Assembly (NCBI GenBank): GCA_964496425.1
Contig: CAZBZO010000002.1
Coordinates: forward strand, 2,450 to 66,449
Length of the DNA stretch: 64,000 bases
DNA from: an uncultured Candidatus Saccharibacteria bacterium
Lineage (GTDB): Bacteria; Patescibacteriota; Minisyncoccia; Phycocordibacterales; UBA9973
Reading direction: 5' to 3'
Shown here: piece by piece, positions 19,029 through 29,069 of the stretch
Layout: every line of letters begins with the position of its first letter
Position numbering within the stretch: position 1 is the stretch's first letter
The notes under the pieces: model-generated
Databases searched by the model: none
Seen by the model: only the letters and a program-made list of their open reading frames with translations
Told to the model about the DNA's origin: nothing
Made by a program: the position numbers and the translations under genes

Positions 19029-20189
19029 ATGAGCAATACCCCAAAGATCCTATCCGGTAAAACGTATCTGTATATCTTTTTGTGTATATGCGTGGCGCTT
19101 GCGCTTTTTCTTGTTTTAAATCACACCAGCGTGCTTGGCGAAAAATACGATTCTACTATTCCAGTAGTGCTCGGAGATACGGAAGCAAAGACAAAAAAAG
19201 ATAAAATCGTTCTTCCAAAATATGTGCCGCTCGATAAAGATTTGTATGATAAAAAAATCATCGAGCTGGCCAATCATTATTTTCCACCTGAGCCTGCAGT
19301 AGTGGAGCCGGTCCCATCTGCTGATGGGACCGTACCTGTCGCTCCGCCAGCCAAAGTTGTCCCACCACCCCTTTGGCCGCCAAAAACTGTCTATCCAAAA
19401 GACGGAGCCATCTTGCCTTTCAACCGCATCGTTGCGTACTACGGTAATTTTTATTCCACCAAAATGGGAGCGCTCGGCGAATACGAGGAAGATGTTATGC
19501 TGGCCAAACTCGATGCAGAAGTAAAGCGCTGGACTGCGGCTGATCCATCTACGCCAGCAATCCCAGCTATTCACTATATTGCACTTACGGCACAGGGAAG
19601 TCCGGGCGCTGACGGTATGTATCGCTTTCGTATGCCCAAGGAGCAAATCGACATCGCCCTTCGAATGGCTGAGAAAATACACGGCATTGTCTTTTTAGAT
19701 ATTCAAGTCGGGCTCAGCACTGTACAAAAAGAAGTTGAAGTGCTTGAACCGTATCTCAAACTCCCCAACGTTCACCTCGGTATAGACCCAGAGTTTGCTA
19801 TGAAAAATGGCGCAAAGCCTGGTACGGTGATCGGTACTGTAGATGCGAGTGAAATAAACGCTGTTGCGGCATACCTAGCGCGTCTCGTGCAGGAAAACGA
19901 TTTGCCTCCAAAAATATTGATTATTCATCGTTTCACGCAAAGAATGGTAACCAATGCCGAGCTGATCGAGCCCTTGCCTGAAGTCCAAGTAGTCATGGAC
20001 ATGGATGGATGGGGATCGCAAGCAAAGAAGAAAGGCACGTATCGCCAGGTCATATATCCTGAGCCAGTGCAGTTTACAGGCTTTAAAATTTTCTACAAAA
20101 ATGATCTGAAAGAGCCAAGCACAGGGCTCCTTACACCTGAGGATCTTCTCCAGCTCGAGCCGCGCCCGATCTATATTCAGTATCAGTAG
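19029..20189 (+). CDS. Membrane-anchored conserved hypothetical protein (putative TIM-barrel/lipoprotein-like)
   Basis: TM, Pro-rich linker, RIVAYYG, FLDIQVG, HLGIDPEF, DMDGWG, GFKIFYKND. Confidence 0.65.
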   Translation: MSNTPKILSGKTYLYIFLCICVALALFLVLNHTSVLGEKYDSTIPVVLGDTEAKTKKDKIVLPKYVPLDKDLYDKKIIELANHYFPPEPAVVEPVPSADGTVPVAPPAKVVPPPLWPPKTVYPKDGAILPFNRIVAYYGNFYSTKMGALGEYEEDVMLAKLDAEVKRWTAADPSTPAIPAIHYIALTAQGSPGADGMYRFRMPKEQIDIALRMAEKIHGIVFLDIQVGLSTVQKEVEVLEPYLKLPNVHLGIDPEFAMKNGAKPGTVIGTVDASEINAVAAYLARLVQENDLPPKILIIHRFTQRMVTNAELIEPLPEVQVVMDMDGWGSQAKKKGTYRQVIYPEPVQFTGFKIFYKNDLKEPSTGLLTPEDLLQLEPRPIYIQYQ

Positions 20190-20190
20190 T

Positions 20191-20862
20191 ATGAAATCAA
20201 AACATATCGTTATATATTCGCATGGCTTCGGTGTCCAAAAAGATGATGATGGACTTTTTACCGATATTTCAAAGGCACTTAAGGAAGATGGTATCCAATC
20301 AGTATTATTTGACTACTTTGAATACCATTCTGATACAAAAGAACTTCTTACAACTCCATTCAGTGATCAAGTGAAAAAATTAGCAGAAGTCATAAAGATG
20401 ACCCGGGAAGAAAATCCTGATGCACGAATCAGTATTATTGGTCATTCCCAAGGTTGTATTATTCCAACCTTATGTAATTTAGAGGGAGTTGAAAGGATTA
20501 TTGCAATTTCTCCTTTTTTCCATACTGACATGAGCGAAGTGTTAAAGCGTTATACTAAAAATGCCAATAATCATATTGAACTAACAGGAATTTCTCGCAG
20601 ATATCGATCAAACGGTAGTGTGACTGTTATTCCTCCCGAATATTGGCAAGAGCGTTTTGCGACCGACGTAATTGCACTCTATAATCGCATGGCTTTAGAA
20701 ATAGAATTCACGACAATATATGGACTTAATGATGAAATAATGAGTTTTAGTGATTTTAATAAATTGAAATACGTCCGTATGATTAATACCGATGGAGATC
20801 ATAATTTTTCAAAAAGTCATCGCTCTGATCTTATTGCTCTTATACGGAAAGAACTTCTCTAA
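20191..20862 (+). CDS. Alpha/beta hydrolase
   Basis: HGFG oxyanion motif, GHSQG nucleophile elbow, GDHNF. Confidence 0.85.
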   Translation: MKSKHIVIYSHGFGVQKDDDGLFTDISKALKEDGIQSVLFDYFEYHSDTKELLTTPFSDQVKKLAEVIKMTREENPDARISIIGHSQGCIIPTLCNLEGVERIIAISPFFHTDMSEVLKRYTKNANNHIELTGISRRYRSNGSVTVIPPEYWQERFATDVIALYNRMALEIEFTTIYGLNDEIMSFSDFNKLKYVRMINTDGDHNFSKSHRSDLIALIRKELL

Positions 20863-20924
20863 CTAGTACTCGCAGTAACTCCTAAAAAGAATTTCTCGTA
20901 GTATTCATGGTAAAATAGGATGTT

Positions 20925-21887
20925 ATGAAATCAATACATATATCTCTCGGAGCATGGTTTATTTTAGCTCTCATTAGTGTGCCGCTTTGTACATTCGCAT
21001 CTCATACAAGTAGTAGTACAGACAAGAAAGTAAATAGTCTAAGTAAAAGCGCGGTGGATCAATTCCCCGTACCCATACTGCTTGGAGTAGAGCCAGGTCA
21101 TTTTTCTGATACCTGGGGCGATGCCCGCTCTTCCGGCCGCACGCATGAAGGTACCGATATTCTGGCGCCTCTAAATGCGTTTATTGCCAGTCCCACCGAA
21201 GCTGTGGTGACATCGATCGGCACGAGCACGCTTGGCGGCAACTACGTCTACACAGCCAATCCTGGCAAAGAACGTTTTTACTATGCACATTTGGATCACA
21301 TTGCAGAAGGACTCAAAGTAGGTACTGAGCTTGAGGTTGGAGATCTTATTGGCTATGTTGGTAATTCTGGCAATGCCTCGGGCGGTCCGACCCATCTTCA
21401 CTTTGGTATTTATCATGGCAGCGAAGCTGTCAATCCATTTTCTCGGATGGATCGTATTTTTACTTTGAAAAATCGTATCGAAAGCATAGAGAAAATTCTT
21501 GAAAATAGTGATGATGCTCAAGCACTAGCCCAAACACTGACTGAAAGTTATCGCAGTCTCTTTCTTCAAGCAAAAACACTTTCTATTGCTTTGCCGGATG
21601 ATATCGAAACAGCACTTGGCGGGGGATTCCTGGCTGGTTCGATCGGTCCAGCCCGTGATTTGTCGCTTAATATGTCAGGTGACGATGTTAAATGGCTCCA
21701 GCAATTCCTTGTGGCAGAAAATAAAGGACAAAAAGCTCTCGCATTGGCTTCTCTTCCTTTGACCGGATACTATGGTTCGTATACGCAAGCAGCACTTGCT
21801 GAATATCAAGCCAGTGTTGGTATTTCACCGGCCTCTGGATCCTATGGTCCCATCACTCGTGCCTACTTTCGATCAATAGGGCATTAG
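20925..21887 (+). CDS. M23 family peptidase with C-terminal peptidoglycan-binding domain
   Basis: HEGTD (HxxxD), YAHL, HLH; DVKWLQQFL, GYYGSYT, GPITR. Confidence 0.9.
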   Translation: MKSIHISLGAWFILALISVPLCTFASHTSSSTDKKVNSLSKSAVDQFPVPILLGVEPGHFSDTWGDARSSGRTHEGTDILAPLNAFIASPTEAVVTSIGTSTLGGNYVYTANPGKERFYYAHLDHIAEGLKVGTELEVGDLIGYVGNSGNASGGPTHLHFGIYHGSEAVNPFSRMDRIFTLKNRIESIEKILENSDDAQALAQTLTESYRSLFLQAKTLSIALPDDIETALGGGFLAGSIGPARDLSLNMSGDDVKWLQQFLVAENKGQKALALASLPLTGYYGSYTQAALAEYQASVGISPASGSYGPITRAYFRSIGH

Positions 21888-21903
21888 TAGAATAGACTTT
21901 TTA

Positions 21904-21932
21904 TTGACAAAGAAAGACTTTTTTGCTATAGT
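21904..21932 (+). promoter_or_regulatory. Sigma70 promoter of the DEAD-box helicase gene
   Basis: TTGACA-17 bp-TATAGT with extended TG. Confidence 0.8.
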
Positions 21933-22045
21933 ATAGATAGAGTATTTCTCACTCGTTTTCGTTTTTGAAGTAATCCTTTATAAACAAATTCTAAAGCGAA
22001 CTGGATTTGATTCCTCCGCGCGCGAGACGACTCCTAATAATAAGT

Positions 22046-23239
22046 ATGCAACCAAAACGCACTTTTTCGCGTCCCAAGTTTGGGGCACCCCGTAGGCCTC
22101 GTGGACATGCTGCACCATCTCGTGGTCGCGGCAAGTCAGATCATTTGAATCCTGCGCTATTTATCAACAAAGCAGTCATTGTCGAGGAAGCTGATCACTT
22201 TATACCGGAGCATCGCTTCGAGGATTTTGTTATTCACGAAGCACTCAAGAAAAACATCATCACCAAAAAATATACGGCACCGACTCCGATTCAGGATCGG
22301 GCTATTCCGCATATTTTACAAGGTCGCGATGTTGTGGGTATCGCTAACACCGGTACTGGTAAAACTGCAGCCTTTCTTATTCCGCTTATCCATAAAGTAC
22401 TGACGCACAAAGATGAACGCATTTTGATCGTCGTGCCAACACGTGAGCTTGCGATTCAGATCAATCAAGAGCTTAAGACCCTCGCGCCACACCTCGGCAT
22501 TTATTCAGTGTGTTGCGTTGGTGGGGCACCGATCGGAGGACAAATCAAGGAACTCAAGTTTACCAATCAATTCATTATTGGTACTCCAGGTCGTCTCAAA
22601 GATTTGCTCGAACGCAAATGTCTTGATCTTTCTCATACCGGCACCGTCGTGCTTGACGAAGCAGATCGGATGCTTGATATGGGCTTCATCGGGGATATGC
22701 GTTTTCTAATGACGAAAATGCCCCCGATTCGCCATACGCTTTTCTTTTCAGCGACCATGAATCCGACTATCGAAAAACTTATTCATGAATTTCTTCGCGA
22801 TCCAGTTTCTATTTCGGTTAAAACCCAAGACACTGCCAAAAACGTTGATCAAGATATTGTCAAAATGAAAGCAGGGGAAGACAAGGTGGATGCTCTCGTT
22901 GCGCTTTTGAAACAACCAGAATTTAAAAAAGTACTCATCTTCGGCCGCACTAAGCATGGTGTCGAACGTCTTTCGGTCGCACTTCTTAAAAAGGGATTCA
23001 AAGCTGAGTCTATTCACGGCAACAAAAATCACAATCAACGCCAGCGTGCACTTTCATTTTTCAAAAGCGACAGCTTGCAAGTACTGGTCGCTACCGACGT
23101 AGCAGCTCGCGGACTTGATATACCAGGTGTTTCTCATGTCATCAACTTCGACATCCCTGCTACATACGAAGATTATATTCACCGCGTTGGCCGAACTGGT
23201 CGAGGGGATAAAAAAGGTAAAGCATTGACGTTCGTCTAA
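22046..23239 (+). CDS. DEAD-box RNA helicase
   Basis: PTPIQ, TGTGKT, PTRELA, TPGR, DEAD, SAT, ARGLD, HRVGRTGR. Confidence 0.96.
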   Translation: MQPKRTFSRPKFGAPRRPRGHAAPSRGRGKSDHLNPALFINKAVIVEEADHFIPEHRFEDFVIHEALKKNIITKKYTAPTPIQDRAIPHILQGRDVVGIANTGTGKTAAFLIPLIHKVLTHKDERILIVVPTRELAIQINQELKTLAPHLGIYSVCCVGGAPIGGQIKELKFTNQFIIGTPGRLKDLLERKCLDLSHTGTVVLDEADRMLDMGFIGDMRFLMTKMPPIRHTLFFSATMNPTIEKLIHEFLRDPVSISVKTQDTAKNVDQDIVKMKAGEDKVDALVALLKQPEFKKVLIFGRTKHGVERLSVALLKKGFKAESIHGNKNHNQRQRALSFFKSDSLQVLVATDVAARGLDIPGVSHVINFDIPATYEDYIHRVGRTGRGDKKGKALTFV

Positions 23240-23245
23240 ATTATC

Positions 23246-23285
23246 AAACAAACAAAGCCCTGCGTACGCAGGGCTTTGTTTGTTT
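23246..23285. terminator. Perfect 40-bp palindrome, terminator
   Basis: AAACAAACAAAGCCCTGCGT|ACGCAGGGCTTTGTTTGTTT. Confidence 0.85.
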
Positions 23286-23337
23286 CACTAAGTGACTTTG
23301 CTATACTGTAGACATTATTTAATAGCAGGTAAGGTAT

Positions 23338-24375
23338 ATGGATAAAAATCTACTCAAAACAACAGCACAAGCTCTGGTCGCAAAAGGCAAAGGGATTTTA
23401 GCAGCAGATGAAAGTATCAGCACGTGTAATGCGCGGTTTAAAAAAGTCGGTATTCCAGAGACGGAAGAAGTAAGGCGCGATTGGCGAGAGCTTCTCTTAG
23501 CGGCACCGGGGATAGAGCAATATGTTTCGGGCGTTATTTTATTTGATGAGACGATCCGCCAATCGACTGCGAGCGGCATTCCATTTTCTAAATTATTGAG
23601 TGACAAAGAAATTTTACCCGGCATTAAAGTGGATAAAGGAGCGATCCCGTTTCCCGGACATCCTGGCGAACTTTTTACCGAGGGCTTGGATGGTTTGCGG
23701 CAGCGATTTGCTGAATATGCTACTTTAGGAGCGCGATTTTCAAAGTGGCGAATAGTGGTGACATTTGATACGGCACATAATATTCCTTCTGAAACAGTTA
23801 TGCGAGCGAATGCAGTAGGCCTTGCCATGTATGCGCTCTTGGCGCAAGAAGCAGGTATCGTGCCACTCGTTGAACCAGAAGTTCTGCATGATGCACTTAT
23901 GTTTCCGGGACAAATCGCTACGCATTCGATCGAGACAGCTGAAGCGGCCAGTGCTCGCATGCTAACTATTCTTTTCGAGGAACTCAATCGCTACGGTGTC
24001 TATCTTCCAGGTGCAATCTTAAAAACAAGCATGGTTGTACCGGGTAAAGACAGCGGAGTCCCAATTGATACTAACGAAACCGCCAAGCGTACATCAGAGC
24101 TTCTAAAAAATATTGTTCCAAAAGATCTCGGTGGTGTGGTATTTCTCTCTGGTGGGCAATCCTCCGATGATTCAGTCAAAAATTTGAACGCAATTGCAAA
24201 ACTTGGGCCGTATCCGTGGGGACTTACGTATTCGTTTGGTCGTGGTATTCAGCAGCCCGCACTTGATTATTGGAAAGGAGAAGCCGGAAATATTGAAGGA
24301 TCTCGTGCGCTGTATTTGGCGCGTCTCAAGGAATCAAGCGATGCTTCGGTAGGTATGTACTCACCAGAAGTGTAA
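23338..24375 (+). CDS. Class I fructose-bisphosphate aldolase
   Basis: GKGILAADES, GIKVDKG, KWR, VPLVEPEV, LKTSMV (Schiff-base Lys), FLSGGQS. Confidence 0.93.
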   Translation: MDKNLLKTTAQALVAKGKGILAADESISTCNARFKKVGIPETEEVRRDWRELLLAAPGIEQYVSGVILFDETIRQSTASGIPFSKLLSDKEILPGIKVDKGAIPFPGHPGELFTEGLDGLRQRFAEYATLGARFSKWRIVVTFDTAHNIPSETVMRANAVGLAMYALLAQEAGIVPLVEPEVLHDALMFPGQIATHSIETAEAASARMLTILFEELNRYGVYLPGAILKTSMVVPGKDSGVPIDTNETAKRTSELLKNIVPKDLGGVVFLSGGQSSDDSVKNLNAIAKLGPYPWGLTYSFGRGIQQPALDYWKGEAGNIEGSRALYLARLKESSDASVGMYSPEV

Positions 24376-24414
24376 GATTGAGTTTGTTGCCGCACTTTCT
24401 CGTCTATTTGAAAT

Positions 24415-25308
24415 ATGAAAAAAACCTATCTTTTCCTTTTGCTTTGTATTGTAATGAGTGGTTTTTCTCTGCGATCTGCCAGCGCCGCTCCACTTTCAAA
24501 TGCCGGTTTGATCCCTGGCGACATTTGGTTTTCAGTCGCCACACCAAAAGAAGGGGAGACTATTTCTGTCTATACGCTTTTTTTTAACGGATCTTCAGCC
24601 ACCCTCTCGGGTAGTATCGAATTTTATGACAAAGGAGCTATCTTGGATGTAGCAACATTTACAGTCGGTCCCCAAGAATCTGAACAGATCTCCGTCCTTT
24701 GGCAGGTAAATGCTGGCGATCATGTGGTAAGTGCTCGAGCGATCGGTGTCGTTTCCACACCTGTGGGCGGGGGCGATGGTACCAATGTCTACCTCGAACA
24801 AAATATTACAGCCCCAAAGACATTTTTCGTTTCTCGAAGCAATTTTTCTCCCCGGCCTTCGAGTGAAACTGTAGAGCCAATCCTCAATCAAGTGGATTCG
24901 ATAGAATCAAAATTTACTGCGTGGATACCGCAGTGGCTTAAAAACAGTGTTACGAATCTTATTATGCAGCTTGAAGATTTTCGTACCGGCGTTGTGCAGG
25001 ATTATAGCATTAAAAACCTTGACGCACTCAATAAAAAAGACGTGCTTTCAACACGCGTAAGTAGCGTCGATACAGAAGGACAGGGTATTTCGCCATCGAC
25101 GAAATTTATTGAAATACCAAGTGTCTACGGAAAACTTTTTTGGGTGGCGCTCGTACTCTTTGTTTTCAGCTCGCAATTCGTTTTTTACGGCTTAAGTATC
25201 TTACTCGTAGTATTTTTTGTGGATCGGATCATCAATGGCATAAAAAAAATCTCAGGGCGATTCCATGCGCAGCCTGTACCCAAAACGTATAAAAGCCTCA
25301 AATCATAG
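24415..25308 (+). CDS. Secreted/membrane protein with Ig-like (CARDB-like) domain
   Basis: Signal peptide, IWFS..P.EGETI, C-terminal TM helices. Confidence 0.65.
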   Translation: MKKTYLFLLLCIVMSGFSLRSASAAPLSNAGLIPGDIWFSVATPKEGETISVYTLFFNGSSATLSGSIEFYDKGAILDVATFTVGPQESEQISVLWQVNAGDHVVSARAIGVVSTPVGGGDGTNVYLEQNITAPKTFFVSRSNFSPRPSSETVEPILNQVDSIESKFTAWIPQWLKNSVTNLIMQLEDFRTGVVQDYSIKNLDALNKKDVLSTRVSSVDTEGQGISPSTKFIEIPSVYGKLFWVALVLFVFSSQFVFYGLSILLVVFFVDRIINGIKKISGRFHAQPVPKTYKSLKS

Positions 25309-25348
25309 GAATTTTTGGTTTTTATGTCGATAAGCGTATAATGCCGAT

Positions 25349-25609
25349 ATGGACCTTACTCGCCTTGGCGTATTTTTCTTACTTATTTTGGGGGTCTTTT
25401 TCCTGCCATTTTGGATAAATATCATCCTTTGGTTAGTTTTCCTTTACTATGCTCACAACGGATATGAAGTATTATTTCTCGGCTTTTTAAGCGATGCCCT
25501 CTATGGAGAAAGCCTCGGGTACTGGCATGGGTTTTCGGTGGTTACGCTTGCGCTCGCTGCACTACTTTGTATTGGTATGAATGTACTTAAAACACGCCTC
25601 ATTCGATAA
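25349..25609 (+). CDS. Small membrane protein, possibly MreD-like
   Basis: Very hydrophobic, GFLSDALYG motif, directly upstream of PBP2. Confidence 0.55.
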   Translation: MDLTRLGVFFLLILGVFFLPFWINIILWLVFLYYAHNGYEVLFLGFLSDALYGESLGYWHGFSVVTLALAALLCIGMNVLKTRLIR

Positions 25610-25614
25610 AATGT

Positions 25615-27318
25615 ATGATTTTTAAATTTTTTAAAAAAAATAAATATCGCGGACGGCAAGCTGAAGTGGCGCCTGATGAAATCTTTCTGGATTCGAAAAA
25701 TCTACCTGCGTTCAACCGCCAGCAATTTGAAGGTAGTATCGAGCATCCGATTGAAAAACGCACTGTGTTATTTCTCGGAATTTTTTTTGTGATTATTGGC
25801 ATTTTATTCACCTATCGCTTGGGTGTGCTCCAAATCGCGCAAGGTGAAACATATTTTGAAAAAAGCCAAAACAATGTTCTCAATCGCGAACCAATTTTTG
25901 CAAATCGGGGAATTGTCTATGATCGCAACGGCCTCGAGTTGGTTTCCAATACCGAAAATACTGACGGAGAAGATTTTCCGTTTCGGAAATATACTGAGAG
26001 CGGTGGCTTCGCCCATATCTTGGGATATGTCAGCTATCCATCTCGCGACAAGCAGGGGTTCTATTGGCAGCCCGAATTTATCGGCAAAGCTGGTGTGGAA
26101 AAGATCTACAACACTATTCTCTCGGGACGTAATGGTTTGAAAATTCTTGAAACAGATGTTCATGGTAGTGTGCTTTCAGAAAATATGATCAATCCGCTTG
26201 TGCAAGGAGAAAATCTTACGTTGTCGATCGATAAGCGAGTGCAAGAAAAACTATTTGAATCGATACACGACGTCGCACGTGACGCCGACTATCAAGGAGC
26301 TACTGCCATGGTCATGGATGTAACCAATGGAGAGCTTATCGCGCTGACGAGCTATCCAGAATATGATCCCAATATTCTTTCAGATGGAAAAAATGAAGAA
26401 GAAATACAGAATTATCTGACAAGTACGGATCGACCATTTCTCAATCGCGCCATTGGCGGACTGTATTCTCCCGGATCAACCGTGAAGCCGTTTATTGCAC
26501 TTGGTGGCTTAGCCGAGGGTGTGATCGATCCTGAAACGGAAATAGAAAGTAGCGGTTCTATTACCATTCCAAATCCGTATTTTCCAGATTTGCCTTCGGT
26601 ATTTAAAGATTACAACCCTGATAATGGCTGGGTCGATATGCGAAAGGCACTTCAGGTGTCATCCAATATTTATTTTTATGAAATCGCCGGTGGCTTTAAA
26701 GACCAACGGGGAATCGGAATAGATAATATTGGCAAATATGCGCGGTTGTTCGGTCTTGGAGAGCGCTCTGGTATTGATTTGCCAGGCGAAGTAGAAGGGA
26801 CGATTCCATCACCACAGTGGAAAGAGAAAAATTTTCCTGGTGATCCGTGGCGTCTCGGCGATACCTATCATACGGCAATCGGACAATATGGATTTCAGGT
26901 TACTCCGATAAACATGCTCCGCGGCGTGGCAGCTATTGCAAGCTATGGCCGTCTCGTGACTCCGCACGTGAAAAAGTATGATCCGAGTATGCCCGTAGAG
27001 GAAGAGATAATTGATATGCCACATGACGATTTTCAAGTGATTCATGATGGTATGCGGCAGGTGGTAGAGCTTGGTACTGCTCGAAGCTTAAACGATTTGT
27101 CGGTGCATGTAGCTGCCAAGTCGGGAACTGCCGAGGTCGGCGTGGCAAATGAATTCATCAACTCTTGGATCATGGGTTTTTTCCCATATGAGCATCCGCG
27201 GTATGCTTTTGCTGTTTTGATGGAGCGCGGACCTTCTACCAATACCGTAGGAGCACTTGCTGCCCTTAAAAATACTCTTGTCTGGATGGAGGCCAACACC
27301 CCTGAATATTTCGATTAG
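25615..27318 (+). CDS. mrdA: Penicillin-binding protein 2 (class B)
   Basis: RGIVYDRNG, PGSTVK (SxxK), SSN, KSG. Confidence 0.88.
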   Translation: MIFKFFKKNKYRGRQAEVAPDEIFLDSKNLPAFNRQQFEGSIEHPIEKRTVLFLGIFFVIIGILFTYRLGVLQIAQGETYFEKSQNNVLNREPIFANRGIVYDRNGLELVSNTENTDGEDFPFRKYTESGGFAHILGYVSYPSRDKQGFYWQPEFIGKAGVEKIYNTILSGRNGLKILETDVHGSVLSENMINPLVQGENLTLSIDKRVQEKLFESIHDVARDADYQGATAMVMDVTNGELIALTSYPEYDPNILSDGKNEEEIQNYLTSTDRPFLNRAIGGLYSPGSTVKPFIALGGLAEGVIDPETEIESSGSITIPNPYFPDLPSVFKDYNPDNGWVDMRKALQVSSNIYFYEIAGGFKDQRGIGIDNIGKYARLFGLGERSGIDLPGEVEGTIPSPQWKEKNFPGDPWRLGDTYHTAIGQYGFQVTPINMLRGVAAIASYGRLVTPHVKKYDPSMPVEEEIIDMPHDDFQVIHDGMRQVVELGTARSLNDLSVHVAAKSGTAEVGVANEFINSWIMGFFPYEHPRYAFAVLMERGPSTNTVGALAALKNTLVWMEANTPEYFD

Positions 27319-27322
27319 TGCC

Positions 27323-28330
27323 ATGGTAGAAATCAAAGTAATAAACGAAAAGTACGATCAGACTGATTTTGATAATCGGGTACTACATCCGATACAATCA
27401 TGGGCCTGGGGGGAAGCTCGAAAGCAGATGGGGCATACCGTGCTCCGTTTTGGAGTATTTGAAAATAATAACTTGATCGAAGGTTATACACTTACGTTTC
27501 ATCGCGTACCAAAAACATCCTTTATGATCGGATACCTTGGCATGAGTCATATGCCTTCAGCGCTCGTTGTAGATTTTCTTGCCTCACTGAAAAAATCCCT
27601 GCCTCTCCTTTTTGTAAAAATAGAGCCCTATGTGAGAGAGCAAGATTCTCACCCTATACTTCCTGAAAATATTTCTACAAAACTGGTATTCTCTCGCCAT
27701 CCACTTTTTTTTAAGCATACCGAATGGGTGGATTTGAGAAAATCTGAAGAAGAATTGTTAGCGTCGTTTGATAAAGATGTTCGATACGATATTCGAATGG
27801 CTGCTAAAAAAGGCGTAGAAGTGCGAGAAGTAGTAGGGGAAGAGGCATTTGCAATTTTTTCCGATCTCTATTTTACAACTGTCCGGGCAAAAAAATACCA
27901 CGGCCATACTCTTTCGTATCACCATACGATCTGGCAAGCAATGTCGAAAGCAGGCATCGGCCATATTTTTGTGGCATACGTACATGAAGTTCCTATTGCA
28001 GCACATATGATATTTCATTTTGCCAACAACTTATACTATCCCTATAGTGGTTCAAATCCCAAGTTTAGGGACTTTCATGGGCCTTCAATAGCACTCTATG
28101 AAGCGATGAAATTTGGCCACAAGGTCGGTGCTACACATTTTGATCTGTGGGGGTCGGAAGGTGAGGCTACAGCAGGCCGCGTCGGATGGAAGGGCTTTAG
28201 CGACTTTAAGAAAGGATTTGGTACTGAGCATATGAAGCTTGTGGGAAGTTATGACCTTGTTTTTTCTCCAACATTGTATTTTATATATGGGCTCGCATAC
28301 CGATTGCGTCGATTTTTCCTTGCTCTCTAA
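27323..28330 (+). CDS. FemABX family peptidoglycan peptidyltransferase
   Basis: HPIQSWAWGE, RYDIRMAAKKGV, YPYSGS, FDLWG, FKKGFG. Confidence 0.88.
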   Translation: MVEIKVINEKYDQTDFDNRVLHPIQSWAWGEARKQMGHTVLRFGVFENNNLIEGYTLTFHRVPKTSFMIGYLGMSHMPSALVVDFLASLKKSLPLLFVKIEPYVREQDSHPILPENISTKLVFSRHPLFFKHTEWVDLRKSEEELLASFDKDVRYDIRMAAKKGVEVREVVGEEAFAIFSDLYFTTVRAKKYHGHTLSYHHTIWQAMSKAGIGHIFVAYVHEVPIAAHMIFHFANNLYYPYSGSNPKFRDFHGPSIALYEAMKFGHKVGATHFDLWGSEGEATAGRVGWKGFSDFKKGFGTEHMKLVGSYDLVFSPTLYFIYGLAYRLRRFFLAL

Positions 28331-28364
28331 ACGTGTCGATTTTTCAATATACCCTAAGAGCCGT

Positions 28365-28421
28365 TTGACTTTTTGGTCAAAAAAGCATAGTATGTACGCG
28401 CAGTCCCGAAAAGGGACTTTT
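28365..28421 (+). promoter_or_regulatory. greA promoter and terminator-like leader hairpin
   Basis: TTGACT-17 bp-TAGTAT, then AGTCCC-GAAAA-GGGACT-TTT. Confidence 0.65.
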
Positions 28422-28446
28422 ATCGTTAGACTAAAGGGAGTTTTTT

Positions 28447-28914
28447 ATGGATAATACACAACAATATATCACTGTAGAAAAACGTGAAGAATTAGAAAAT
28501 GAATTAGTCGCTTTGAAAGGTCCAAAACGAAAACAAATTCTTGAGTCACTCGAGTTTGCAAAATCACTCGGCGATCTTTCTGAAAATGCTGAATACCATC
28601 AAGCCCGCGAAGAACAAGCCAAGCTCGAAGAGCGAATCGGCACAATCGAAGAAGTGCTTCGGAATTCTGAGGTAGTGAAAGCTCATAGTAGTACACAGGT
28701 TGAAGTCGGCACGACTGTCATCGTCCAGAAAGAAGGTACAAAAGAACAAAAGAAATACCAAATCGTAGGATCAGAAGAAGCCGATATGCAAAACGGTAAG
28801 ATCTCTCACCAGTCTCCACTTGGTGTGGCACTCTTTAGCAAAAAGAAAGGTGACACTGTCTCTTTCAATAGTCCTAAAGGTGCGGTACAATACAAAATAA
28901 TAGATATAGAGTAA
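28447..28914 (+). CDS. greA: Transcription elongation factor GreA
   Basis: GDLSENAEYH, IVGSEEAD, ISHQSPLG. Confidence 0.97.
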   Translation: MDNTQQYITVEKREELENELVALKGPKRKQILESLEFAKSLGDLSENAEYHQAREEQAKLEERIGTIEEVLRNSEVVKAHSSTQVEVGTTVIVQKEGTKEQKKYQIVGSEEADMQNGKISHQSPLGVALFSKKKGDTVSFNSPKGAVQYKIIDIE

Positions 28915-28921
28915 AAGCTTC

Positions 28922-29018
28922 GCAAAACGTAAAATTAGGAGCACAGATATTTGCGTGGTCGCAAATTCTTCCTGCTCGGGCCGTCGCCCTGCGCAAGTCT
29001 CCTAATTTTACATTTTGC
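28922..29018. repeat. MITE/REP-like element with ~20-bp terminal inverted repeats
   Basis: GCAAAACGTAAAATTAGGAG ... CTCCTAATTTTACATTTTGC (one mismatch); internal ATTTGCG-TGGT-CGCAAAT hairpin. Confidence 0.65.
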
Positions 29019-29069
29019 TCCGCATAGAATTTATTCTCTTACCTATTTTACCCCTAACTACTTATTATT

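Noticed and set aside
23319-23987. 222-aa antisense ORF, and similar short overlapping ORFs throughout the track
   Set aside because: They lie wholly opposite or within well-supported genes and show no recognisable motifs.
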